Source of the DNA: an uncultured delta proteobacterium
Lineage (GTDB): Bacteria > Desulfobacterota > RBG-13-43-22
Length of the DNA stretch: 64,000 nt
Assembly (NCBI GenBank): GCA_963790475.1
Contig: CAWBOS010000010.1
Coordinates: 480,001 to 544,000 of the forward strand
Direction of reading: 5' to 3'
Position 1 is the stretch's first letter, and every line of letters starts with the position of its first letter. Of this stretch, positions 27,459 to 36,029 are shown piece after piece. The notes beneath the pieces are model-generated. The model made no database searches and was not told the origin of the DNA. It saw nothing but the letters and a program-made list of their open reading frames with translations. The translations under genes were made by a program, and so were the position numbers.

Positions 27459-27592
27459 TCACAGAACCACAAGGACAAAACTGGACAAAAACGTATCTCT
27501 CACAGAGCCCACAGAGCCACAGAGGCAACCTAATGTATTGATTGCCGGTGAGAGGCTGGCAATCAATAACCAGCCTGTTGCCTGTTGGCAAA
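27459..27592 (+). repeat. Family A repeat, copy A5 (left-half variant)
   Basis: TCTCTCACAGAGCCCACAGAGCCACAGAGG followed by TATTGATTGCCGG-TGAGAGG-CTGGCAATCAATA; nearly identical to copy A7. Confidence 0.85.
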
Positions 27593-27637
27593 CCCGGTTT
27601 TAAATGATCGTATCAAATTAACTCCTTAAAAAAAATA

Positions 27638-27831
27638 TTTTCACCGCAAAGGCTCAGAGGGCGCAAAGAAGAAAATTTCTCCATTGCCGGTGAGAGGCCG
27701 GCAATGGAGAAGCTTGGCTACCCTCCGGTTAATTATTTGGCCGGAGGCCTGAACTGCTTTTTCAATCCCGCTTCTCACGGGATTGAAAAAAAATGATTTT
27801 CTCGGCGTGCTTTGCGGCTTTGCGGTGAAAA
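27638..27831 (+). repeat. Family A structured repeat, copy A6 (complete)
   Basis: Perfect 14-bp terminal inverted repeats TTTTCACCGCAAAG / CTTTGCGGTGAAAA. Hairpins TTCTCCATTGCCGG-TGAGAGG-CCGGCAATGGAGAA and TTTTTCAATCCCG-CTTCTCA-CGGGATTGAAAAA. Confidence 0.92.
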
Positions 27832-27856
27832 AAACTCTCTTTTCGGTATTTTCGTT

Positions 27857-28939
27857 CTAGTGGTCTATCAAAAATTCTTTTTTATATATGTCAAACAGGG
27901 TCATCAAAAAAGAAAGGACGACAGGTCCCAGAATAAATCCAAGAAATCCGAAGTAGAGTAACCCGCCAAGCACACTTAGAAAAGTGAGCAAGGGGTGCAG
28001 ATTGGCTGCCCCTTTAAGCAGTATGGGGCGAAGGACGTTATCGGCTCCGGAAATAATCAAAGCTCCCCAAAGGGCCAGCCCCAGGGCCATCCAGAAGGAA
28101 GAAGTGAAAGCCAGATAAAGGGCGGCCGGGATCCAAATGATGCTCGTTCCTACCAGGGGGATGACCGAACTAAAGACCATACAGACTCCCCAAAAAGCGG
28201 CCGAAGGGATATTGAAAATCCAGAAACCGATTCCTCCCAATAATCCTTGGGTCAAGGCCACAATGATGGATCCCTTAAGAGTGGCCTTGACGGTTTTTTC
28301 CAATTGAAGAATTATCCGGTCATGATGGGAGACTTCCAGAGGGCTGAAGACTCTTATTTCATGTAGAAATTTTTCACCATCGATCAACAGGAAAAAGCTG
28401 ATGAACAGGACAATAATCAAATCAAACAGGGTTCCGGCCAACCCTCTGGCCAGAGCGGTCATTTCCGTATAAATGAATTCCGAAAAGGAGGTCAGAAATC
28501 TTCCCGCATATTCCTCAAGACTCAGTGTTTGAATATTGATCTGCCAACGATCAAAAAAAAGATTGAAATAGACTAATTTGAGATCGATTGCTTTTTTAAT
28601 GGTTCCGTCCTGGAGACCTTTGGATATTTGTTGGTACAAATCCAGGGATTGGCCGGTGATGACACCGGACAATAAGGAAATGGGAATAAGAAAAGCCAAC
28701 ATCATAATAAAGATAGTCACTAAAGCCGAGAGGATTTTCCAGCCTCTAAAAAGCTTAAGAAATTTTTTGTATAGTGGATAAAAGACCATGGCGATCACAG
28801 TGGCGACAAAAAGGTCGGTCAGGAAAGGATGGATTACCAGATAGAAAAGGTAAAGGACCCCGATGAGAAAAGCCAGGAAGACGTAATTGGAAAAAGGGGT
28901 TCGGGAATCCTCATTTTTTTTAAAATAGGGTTGGGCCAT
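27857..28939 (-). CDS. AI-2E family transporter
   Basis: Motifs FFLLIDGEK, VALTQG, IPLVGT..IWIP and DNVLRP.L....LHPL..FLSVLGG...FG..GFILGP. Confidence 0.92.
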   Translation of the reverse strand: MAQPYFKKNEDSRTPFSNYVFLAFLIGVLYLFYLVIHPFLTDLFVATVIAMVFYPLYKKFLKLFRGWKILSALVTIFIMMLAFLIPISLLSGVITGQSLDLYQQISKGLQDGTIKKAIDLKLVYFNLFFDRWQINIQTLSLEEYAGRFLTSFSEFIYTEMTALARGLAGTLFDLIIVLFISFFLLIDGEKFLHEIRVFSPLEVSHHDRIILQLEKTVKATLKGSIIVALTQGLLGGIGFWIFNIPSAAFWGVCMVFSSVIPLVGTSIIWIPAALYLAFTSSFWMALGLALWGALIISGADNVLRPILLKGAANLHPLLTFLSVLGGLLYFGFLGFILGPVVLSFLMTLFDIYKKEFLIDH

Positions 28940-29143
28940 AGGATTACTTTTTAATGGTTATTATAATCCTTTATAGCTTATTCAAACCTTCTATTGCAAC
29001 CAGAAATATGGATTCTTAAGCATGAATCAGTGAACTCATGCAACTATTGAGAATTTCTCGCTTTTGGTGGAAACAAGCTATGAGCGTCCTATTTAATTCA
29101 GGGAGGGTGGAAAAATGTTATTAGATGACTTATAGTAAATCCC

Positions 29144-30187
29144 ATGAACCCTGTATTTCATCCCCAATTGGTTAACGGCCCGCTGGGAGACCCGGTCCTT
29201 TATATAGACATGAAATTTGCTCATCGGGCTATCCTGTTCGATCTTGGGGAAATCCGCTCCTTGACGCCGCGCAAAATCTTAAAGACTTCCCATGTCTTTA
29301 TCTCCCATACTCATATGGATCATTTTATCGGATTTGACCATCTTCTTCGGATCTGTTTGGGCAGACCCAAGGTGGTGAACTTGTATGGTCCACCAAATTT
29401 TTTGGATCAGGTGAAGAATAAAATCTCGGCCTATACCTGGAATCTGGTCGAAAATTATTCCGATTCTCTGGATCTGATAGTGCATGAGGTCCATCCTGAT
29501 CGAGTAATAAAAGCCCGATTAAGGTCTTCCGCGGGCTTCAAAATGGAACCTGACCTGGAGGTCAAATCTTTTAACGGGATTCTTCATGAAGAAATGTCTT
29601 TTCTCGTCCGGGCCGTTTTATTAGACCATAAAATTCCTTGCTTGGCCTTTGCCTTGGAAGAGAAATTTCATCTTAATATCATGAAGACTGAACTGGATAA
29701 AATGGGCCTGGTCAAAGGACCTTGGTTGCGGTATTTAAAGGAAGCCGTCTGGAGAGGGGAAAACCAAAAATTTCCTATTCGGGCCTTCGGATATAGGGAT
29801 GGGAAGTTGGAGGAACGGTTGTTCCCCCTGGGAACCTTACAAAACCATATCCTTAAGATCACGCCCGGCCAGAAGATCGGCTATGTGGTGGATAGTATTT
29901 ATAACGAAGATACCCAAGAGGCCATTAAGACCCTGGTCTCAGGTGCCGATCATCTCTTCATCGAATCAGCCTTTTTGGAGGAAGAGGGCCAACGGGCAAA
30001 GGAGAAATATCATCTCACGGCCAGGCAGGCGGGGACTATTGCCCGCCTGGCCGGGGTGAAGCAGATGACCCCTTTTCATCTTTCCCCCAAATACAGCTTG
30101 GAACCAAATCAGGTTTTCAGGGAAGCTCACCAGGCCTTCGGGAAAACCTCCGAGAAGAAAAAGGTATCGATTGAGAACGGTTTTTGA
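29144..30187 (+). CDS. Ribonuclease Z-like MBL-fold hydrolase
   Basis: Motifs SHTHMDHFIG, LYGP, LDHKIPC, HLTARQAG and FHLSPKY. Confidence 0.85.
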   Translation: MNPVFHPQLVNGPLGDPVLYIDMKFAHRAILFDLGEIRSLTPRKILKTSHVFISHTHMDHFIGFDHLLRICLGRPKVVNLYGPPNFLDQVKNKISAYTWNLVENYSDSLDLIVHEVHPDRVIKARLRSSAGFKMEPDLEVKSFNGILHEEMSFLVRAVLLDHKIPCLAFALEEKFHLNIMKTELDKMGLVKGPWLRYLKEAVWRGENQKFPIRAFGYRDGKLEERLFPLGTLQNHILKITPGQKIGYVVDSIYNEDTQEAIKTLVSGADHLFIESAFLEEEGQRAKEKYHLTARQAGTIARLAGVKQMTPFHLSPKYSLEPNQVFREAHQAFGKTSEKKKVSIENGF

Positions 30188-30232
30188 TATATAAATACCG
30201 ACGAAAGATATTTGAAAACGGTGAAACAATAA

Positions 30233-30444
30233 TAGATTCCGGCTTTCACCGTAATGACGTCACTGGACTTTTACAAAAGACCTTTGTTGATGGACTCGTA
30301 AAAAATCGTCGCCCCGGCGAACCCCGGATCGGGTCCGGGGCAGGCGCCGGGGTCCAGGATCCTTATAACTTATTAAAGATACTGGATTCCGGCTTTCGCC
30401 GGAATGACCAAAATGAGGTTTCATCGACTTTTTACGTGGTTATC
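30233..30444. repeat. Family B: degenerate half (B3) followed by a full doublet (B4) with a nested hairpin
   Basis: TAGATTCCGGCTTTCACCGTAATGACG, then CGTAAAAAAT-CGTC-GCCCCGGCG[AACCCCGGATCGGGTCCGGGGCAGG]CGCCGGGGTCCAG..CTGGATTCCGGCTTTCGCCGGAATGAC..ACTTTTTACG. Confidence 0.85.
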
Positions 30445-30467
30445 TTTGTTAAATTTGTTAAAAAGGA

Positions 30468-30821
30468 ATGAATATTAATATGGAAGAAGACCACCGTCCC
30501 TGGGGGTATTATCAGGTCCTGGCCGATGAACCCGATCATAAGGTTAAACGGATCATCGTTTATCCCGGGAAAAGACTGAGTCTCCAAAGACATCGTCTCC
30601 GGGAGGAACATTGGTATATCCTATCCGGCCAGGCCCTGGTAACCAGAAATCAGGATAAAATCTCTCTAAAAAAGGGGGGGGCTGTGGATATTCCTCAAGG
30701 AGCCATTCACCGGATTGAAAATATCGGTTCGGAAAACGTGTCCTTTATCGAGGTCCAATCCGGGGAATATTTTGGGGAAGACGATATTGAGCGGATCGAA
30801 GATGACTTTGGGCGGTTGTAA
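30468..30821 (+). CDS. Mannose-6-phosphate isomerase type II C-terminal cupin protein
   Basis: Motifs RPWG.Y, KVKRI.V.PG.RLSLQ.H..R.EHW, HRIEN and IEVQ.G.YFGEDDI.RIEDDFGR. Confidence 0.92.
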   Translation: MNINMEEDHRPWGYYQVLADEPDHKVKRIIVYPGKRLSLQRHRLREEHWYILSGQALVTRNQDKISLKKGGAVDIPQGAIHRIENIGSENVSFIEVQSGEYFGEDDIERIEDDFGRL

Positions 30822-30830
30822 TCCCTTCTT

Positions 30831-30970
30831 TTAGCCACAGACGCAGATGGACAAAAAGAGGACAAAAAGGGGTCTCTCACAGAGCCCACAGAGCCACAGA
30901 GGCAACCTAATGTATTGATTGCCGGTGACAGGCCGGCATTCAATAACCAGCCTGTCGCCTGGCGGCGAAA
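30831..30970 (+). repeat. Family A repeat, copy A7 (left-half variant)
   Basis: TCTCTCACAGAGCCCACAGAGCCACAGAGGCAACCTAATGTATTGATTGCCGG-TGACAGG-CCGGCATTCAATAACCAGCCTGT, matching A5. Confidence 0.85.
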
Positions 30971-31017
30971 GGGGTTTATTAATGTCTGAAGGAATTGAAC
31001 GGGAAAAGGGAAAAGAT

Positions 31018-31554
31018 ATGGAAAAAGTTGATCCGGTTTATCTCAGGCCCACAGCGATTATTGACAGCGATCATCCCACCATAATTGAATTCGCACAAAA
31101 GGCTGCCGACGGCATCCAGGATCCTGTGGACCAAGCGATAAGCATCTATCTGGCCGTCAGGGACGGGATTCGTTACGATCCCTACAGTCCCTTTTATCGT
31201 CCGGAACACTATCGGGCCAGTAATGTCCTGAAAATCGGGCGGGGATATTGTGTCTGTAAGGCCTCTTTGTTGTGTGCCCTGGGCAGGAGTTTGGGAATTC
31301 CCTCCAGAGTTGGGTTTGCCACGGTCCGAAACCATCTGGCCACCAAGCAGTTATTGGAACGTCAGGGGTCGGACCTCTTCGTTTACCATGGATATACGGA
31401 ATTTCTCGGAACCTATGCCGATATTCCGGTCGAAATAATCGTGAGCGGCTGGGAAAAAGCCTACGGTCGGGAAAAGGTCCAGGCCTGGATTAGGGAGATG
31501 GAAGAAGCCCAAGGCAAAACGATCTGGAATTTTTACCAGGAAGATGTCGTTTAG
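31018..31554 (+). CDS. Transglutaminase-like protein, possibly with an internal in-frame deletion
   Basis: Motifs VRDGIRYDPY, GYCVCKA.LL.AL.R..GIPSR.GFA.VRNHL and F.YHGY.E. Start chosen downstream of repeat A7. Confidence 0.75.
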   Translation: MEKVDPVYLRPTAIIDSDHPTIIEFAQKAADGIQDPVDQAISIYLAVRDGIRYDPYSPFYRPEHYRASNVLKIGRGYCVCKASLLCALGRSLGIPSRVGFATVRNHLATKQLLERQGSDLFVYHGYTEFLGTYADIPVEIIVSGWEKAYGREKVQAWIREMEEAQGKTIWNFYQEDVV

Positions 31555-31566
31555 ATAACTATAAAA

Positions 31567-31699
31567 TGAGACCTTTGAAAAAGTCTCCTATTACGTCATA
31601 CCGGCGAAAGCCGGTATCCAGAACCAATTTAAAATACTGGATTCCGTGTCAAGCACGGAATGACGAAAAGGAAGTTGGCATAATAATTCAAAGGTCTCA
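31567..31699. repeat. Family B palindrome doublet (B5) inside a different 13-bp outer inverted repeat
   Basis: TGAGACCTTTGAA..CGTCA-TACCGGC GAAA GCCGGTA-TCCAG..CTGGA-TTCCGTG TCAAG CACGGAA-TGACG..TTCAAAGGTCTCA. Confidence 0.88.
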
Positions 31700-31783
31700 A
31701 AATGTTAACATGTTAGATGCTTCAAAAGAAATTTTTTTAAAACGCTAAACTGACATGAAAAATGGAGTTAAGGAGGAAAGATA

Positions 31784-32665
31784 TTGAAGAACCGATTGAT
31801 GCAAACTGAGTTTGATGACTTGAAACTAATCAACCGGGGAAAGGTTAGGGATATTTATGATCTGGGAGAACACCTTTTGATAGTAGCCACAGACCGGATT
31901 TCGGCCTTCGATGTGGTTATGCCCAATCCCATTCCGGGAAAGGGAATTATCCTCACCCAGATATCCAAATTTTGGTTCGGGATCATGGAATCTTTTATCC
32001 CTCACCATCTGATTTCTACCGAGGTAAAGGACTTTCCTCAGGTCTGCCGGACCTATGAAGCAGCCTTGAAAGATCGGAGTATGCTGGTTAAAAAAGCCAA
32101 ACCCCTGCCAGTGGAATGTATTGTCCGCGGTTATTTGTCCGGTTCCGGTTGGAAGGATTATCAGACTACCGGTCAAATTTGCGGTATTTCCCTGCCATCC
32201 GGGTTGAGGGAATCGGATCGCTTGGACAGGCCGATCTTCACCCCCTCCACCAAGGCGGAGAGGGGGACCCATGATGCCAATGTATCCCTGGAAGAAGTCC
32301 GGACTCTTTTGGGAAACGATTTGACCGGGTTGTTGGAGAAGACCAGTCTGGCCATTTATGAAAAGGCCCGAATTTTGGGGGAACAAAAGGGGATCATCAT
32401 TGCCGACACCAAATTTGAATTCGGAATTTTTGGGAATCAGGTGATCCTGATCGATGAGGTCCTGACCCCTGATTCGTCCCGGTTCTGGCCTAAAGATCAG
32501 TATAAACCCGGCGGGGCTCAAAGCAGCTTTGATAAACAATTTCTACGGGATTACCTTGAATCCCTTCACTGGGACAAAAAACCGCCAGCCCCGAACCTAC
32601 CGGAAGAGATTATTCTAAAAACCAAGGCCAAATATGAAGAGGCCTTGCGAATATTGACGAGTTAG
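31784..32665 (+). CDS. purC: SAICAR synthase
   Basis: Motifs [49 protein letters not shown] and DKQFLRD. Confidence 0.97.
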   Translation: MKNRLMQTEFDDLKLINRGKVRDIYDLGEHLLIVATDRISAFDVVMPNPIPGKGIILTQISKFWFGIMESFIPHHLISTEVKDFPQVCRTYEAALKDRSMLVKKAKPLPVECIVRGYLSGSGWKDYQTTGQICGISLPSGLRESDRLDRPIFTPSTKAERGTHDANVSLEEVRTLLGNDLTGLLEKTSLAIYEKARILGEQKGIIIADTKFEFGIFGNQVILIDEVLTPDSSRFWPKDQYKPGGAQSSFDKQFLRDYLESLHWDKKPPAPNLPEEIILKTKAKYEEALRILTS

Positions 32666-32928
32666 ACGTTTTTTCTCTCCTATGAAAAACCAGTTCACTG
32701 CAACCCTGTTATCGAAGGGGTTTTTAGGTAATGAACCTTGGTAAACCCATAAAAAGTCGGAAGGGTCATCATCCTACCCCAAAGGGATCTACGGCCCTAT
32801 TTCGGTCGATCAGCAGAATAGGGGGTAAGGAAGCTTGAATTTCACATTCGGGAGGAAGAAGGTCAGCGAAGGTTGTCCGTGGTCGCCCATTATGACACCC
32901 AAACCCTAATCCTTGATATCAAAAAACA

Positions 32929-34296
32929 TCAACCAAAATTTCCTGACGCTTCCAGGAGCTTTTTCATCATGCATATATTATCGGTGTGCCCGGTGCGCGT
33001 AGCAGTCACCTTTCCCCGAATCGGTCTATTGAGCAGATAAAAATCCCCTATTAAATCCAGAATCTTGTGCCGGGCAAATTCATCGGGAAAGCGGAGTTCG
33101 GTGTTAACCACCTTTTGGTCGTCCACCAAAATGACATTATTAAACCACCCTCCTTCACCCAAACCCAGACGATCAAGCATTTCCATATCCTTCACAAAAC
33201 CGAAGGTTCGGGCCGGTGCGATATTTTTCTTGAATTCTTCCGTGTTATCCAGAACGAAATAGAAGTCCTGTTGGCCGATCGGAGGAGGATAGTCCAGGAA
33301 ATAATGAACGGAAAAGATATCTGCCGGCTCGATGACCAGAGATTTGTCTCCATTCCCAATTTCAAATCGCTGGGCGATCTTCAGCTCTTTTACACGTTCT
33401 TCCTGTTCCTCAATCCCGGCTTCTTCGATCAATTTGCAGAATTCCAGGGCTGAACCATCCATAATGGGGATTTCCTCAATCATTTTCACCATCAGATTCG
33501 TAATCCGGTAAGCGTGAAATACGGCCATCAGGTGTTCGATGGTTTTAGCCACAGCCATCCCCTTCTTCAGCGAAGTGGCCATTTCCGTTGTTTGAACGTA
33601 ATCGACGTGTAAAGGAACCACTTCATCGGAAGAAACGTTTCCAAAGAGGATTCCCCGGTTTGGAGGAAGGGGTTGCAACAATAACCCGGTCTTCATGCCG
33701 GAATGGAGTCCGGTTCCGTATAAGACCATGCTCTTACTCAGGGTTCGCTGAAGGGGAAAAGCGGCCCCTTTTCTCTTGGAGGTCTTAGGTAAAAAGAAGT
33801 CAGCTTCCTGAACCGAAGAAAGGGGAAGCCCGGTGATATCCTCCGTGGACCCTTCGAAGGATCTCCATTTTTCGGTCAGGAGAGTTTCTTCCCTTCCGGC
33901 CTGGGCTGATTTGGGGATCGCCAAGTCCTCCTTCTGACTGCGAATGGCCCGATGGACTGTTTTTAGAAGAACATCGAGGGATAGGGGTTTTTCAATGAAG
34001 TCGAAGGCCCCGAGCTTCACTGCCGCCATGGCCGTGGAGATCGTCGCATGACCGGAAAGCATAATTACCGGACAATTCGGTTCAATCCCCTTCATCCTTT
34101 TTAGTACTTCGATGCCATCCATTCCCGGCATCCAGATGTCCAGGAGCGTCAGGAGAGGAACTTCCTGTTGGAAGATTTCAAGGGCCTCTTCTCCGCTCTT
34201 GGCCGTGGTGAGGTCAAACCCTTCATCATCCAGAACCCCGGTAATAGATTTAATAATTCTCTCCTCATCGTCAACTATGAGGATCTTTTTGCCCAT
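32929..34296 (-). CDS. lpxC: Response-regulator receiver domain fused to UDP-3-O-acyl-GlcNAc deacetylase (LpxC)
   Basis: Residues 1-118 are a receiver (IVDDE, LLDIWMP, MLSGH, FIEKP). From QRTL onward it is LpxC (G.GLHSG, TIEHLMA, EIPIMDGSA, APARTFGF, RFPDEFARHKILDLIGD, GH). Confidence 0.93.
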   Translation of the reverse strand: MGKKILIVDDEERIIKSITGVLDDEGFDLTTAKSGEEALEIFQQEVPLLTLLDIWMPGMDGIEVLKRMKGIEPNCPVIMLSGHATISTAMAAVKLGAFDFIEKPLSLDVLLKTVHRAIRSQKEDLAIPKSAQAGREETLLTEKWRSFEGSTEDITGLPLSSVQEADFFLPKTSKRKGAAFPLQRTLSKSMVLYGTGLHSGMKTGLLLQPLPPNRGILFGNVSSDEVVPLHVDYVQTTEMATSLKKGMAVAKTIEHLMAVFHAYRITNLMVKMIEEIPIMDGSALEFCKLIEEAGIEEQEERVKELKIAQRFEIGNGDKSLVIEPADIFSVHYFLDYPPPIGQQDFYFVLDNTEEFKKNIAPARTFGFVKDMEMLDRLGLGEGGWFNNVILVDDQKVVNTELRFPDEFARHKILDLIGDFYLLNRPIRGKVTATRTGHTDNICMMKKLLEASGNFG

Positions 34297-34388
34297 ATGA
34301 TCACCTTTCCGGGAGGATTAGACGATTGCGCTACCGGATTTTCCTCTTAATCTTCAATCAATGCAGGATATCAAACCTTACTTTATGG

Positions 34389-34417
34389 ATACTATCAGAA
34401 TTAACGTCCAGAGTCAA
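34389..34417 (-). promoter_or_regulatory. Sigma-70 promoter of the receiver-lpxC gene
   Basis: Minus strand TTGACT-17 bp-TAGTAT. Confidence 0.6.
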
Positions 34418-34474
34418 TGAAGACCTCAAACTTGCCTTCTTGACCTTATTTTTGTAAGGAAGCCTTTTTTCCAC

Positions 34475-34503
34475 TTGACCGGCTTATCTCCTTATTTTAT
34501 ATT
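34475..34503 (+). promoter_or_regulatory. Sigma-70 promoter of the acyl-CoA dehydrogenase gene
   Basis: TTGACC-17 bp-TATATT. Confidence 0.55.
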
Positions 34504-34548
34504 TAATACGAAAATAGCTTGGAAAACCTATAGGCTTGTTCGTTCTCT

Positions 34549-34625
34549 GTCATGCCGGACTTGATCCGGCATCCAGAGTTTTGCTTGGTTTCTCCAGCCT
34601 GGATTCCGGCCTTCGCCGGAATGAC
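34549..34625. repeat. Family B palindrome doublet (B6)
   Basis: GTCA-TGCCGGA CTTGA TCCGGCA-TCCAG..CTGGA-TTCCGGC CTTC GCCGGAA-TGAC. Confidence 0.88.
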
Positions 34626-34800
34626 GACTCAACTTACTGATCATACAACATTTTTATGCTTCTTGGTGTCACGCCACCAAAGGCGAGGCATGAGGGTTTG
34701 GTTGTCAAACGGAAAAATACTTTTGGATTTTCTTTTTTGAGACTGGGGTTGCTGATCAACAAAACTATCTAATGCCAACGGAGTAAGGGAGATTGAGCTT

Positions 34801-36006
34801 ATGGATGCCCTTTTGAATATTCTGGATTCATATCAGGCTGGTTTAAAAGAAAAGAAATACGTCAAAGACTTTTACGCTATTCTCAAAGAGATGGTTATTC
34901 CTCATTATCCTACCCTTGAATCAAAAATTGAAAACCACAAAGCCGTCTTCCCCAAAGAATGGGACCGGTTGATGTCGGCTCTTAAAGGGGCCCATATTTT
35001 TGAACAGTTTGTCCCCCTTGAATATGGAGGGCAAAAAACATCCGAGTTGGATATCTATTGCCTGATGGAATTGTTGGGCTATGCCTCTCCGGGTATAGGC
35101 ATTATTTTTGTCTCCCACGGGCGGGCAATCGATATCGTCTGCCGTGGAAATCAATCCCAAAAGGAAGAATACCTCCCCAGGATGGCCGAAGGGCATTTAG
35201 GGGCCATTGCCATGACCGAGGAAAAGGCCGGTTCGGATGCCATGTCCATCGGTCTGATAGCCAGGGCGACGGACCATCACTATCTGCTTAGCGGCCAGAA
35301 AATATTCATCTCCAACAGTGGGTTGGCTGAAATATATACCGTTCTGGTCAACACCAAAGGGACCAAAGGACCCCGTTCTTTAAGCCTGTTTCTGGTAGAT
35401 GAAAATTCCCCGGGTTTCATAGTCGAGGGATTACCTGAAAAAGACGGTCTGAAGGTTTTACCTATCGGGCGGCTTATCTTTAAGGATACGCCCGTTCCTT
35501 TGAAGAACCTGGTCGGAGAGGAGGGCGGCGGACTTTTCCTGACCCTGGGGGTTATTGACCAGGGAAGAATTCATATCGCCGGTATCTGCTGCGGGCTGGC
35601 TTACCGGATTTTTCGGGAAATTTATCAGTACGCCCTTCAGAGAAGGCAATTCGACCATCCCCTGACCAGCAGTCAGGACATCAGTTTCCATATCGCGGCC
35701 ATGTATTCCAATGTGAATGCCGCCAGAGGTCTCTGTCTGCAGGCCTTGCAGCATATCGGGACTCCCTATTATCGGCTGTACTCCTCCCAGGCCAAACTCT
35801 TCGCCTCCCAGATGGTCATGGAAGTAGCTTCTCAGGCGCAGATTCTAATGGGAGGAAGAGGATATCTTCGAAATGATTTGATCAATCAGCTGGCCGCCGA
35901 CGCCCGGGGGATGGAATACCTGGAGGGGACATCCAATGTCCAGAAAATGATTATCACCAGCGAATTATTTAAAATGTACCAAAAAGAGAAAGAAGGAGAG
36001 ATTTGA
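34801..36006 (+). CDS. Acyl-CoA dehydrogenase family protein
   Basis: Motifs P.EYGG, AIAMTE..AGSD, LSGQKIFISN, GRI.IA, R.QF, S.AK..AS, QI.GG.GY and EGTSNVQK.II. Confidence 0.93.
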   Translation: MDALLNILDSYQAGLKEKKYVKDFYAILKEMVIPHYPTLESKIENHKAVFPKEWDRLMSALKGAHIFEQFVPLEYGGQKTSELDIYCLMELLGYASPGIGIIFVSHGRAIDIVCRGNQSQKEEYLPRMAEGHLGAIAMTEEKAGSDAMSIGLIARATDHHYLLSGQKIFISNSGLAEIYTVLVNTKGTKGPRSLSLFLVDENSPGFIVEGLPEKDGLKVLPIGRLIFKDTPVPLKNLVGEEGGGLFLTLGVIDQGRIHIAGICCGLAYRIFREIYQYALQRRQFDHPLTSSQDISFHIAAMYSNVNAARGLCLQALQHIGTPYYRLYSSQAKLFASQMVMEVASQAQILMGGRGYLRNDLINQLAADARGMEYLEGTSNVQKMIITSELFKMYQKEKEGEI

Positions 36007-36029
36007 GCTGAGGTAAGCCTTACCCCGGG

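Noticed and set aside
31826-32539. 237-aa antisense ORF over purC, and similar long antisense ORFs over proS, the TPP enzyme, etfA and the final dehydrogenase (62936-63517)
   Set aside because: Shadow ORFs opposite well-supported genes, with no motifs.
32682-32928. Possible gene remnant between purC and the lpxC fusion
   Set aside because: Short interrupted frames only; no family could be recognised.
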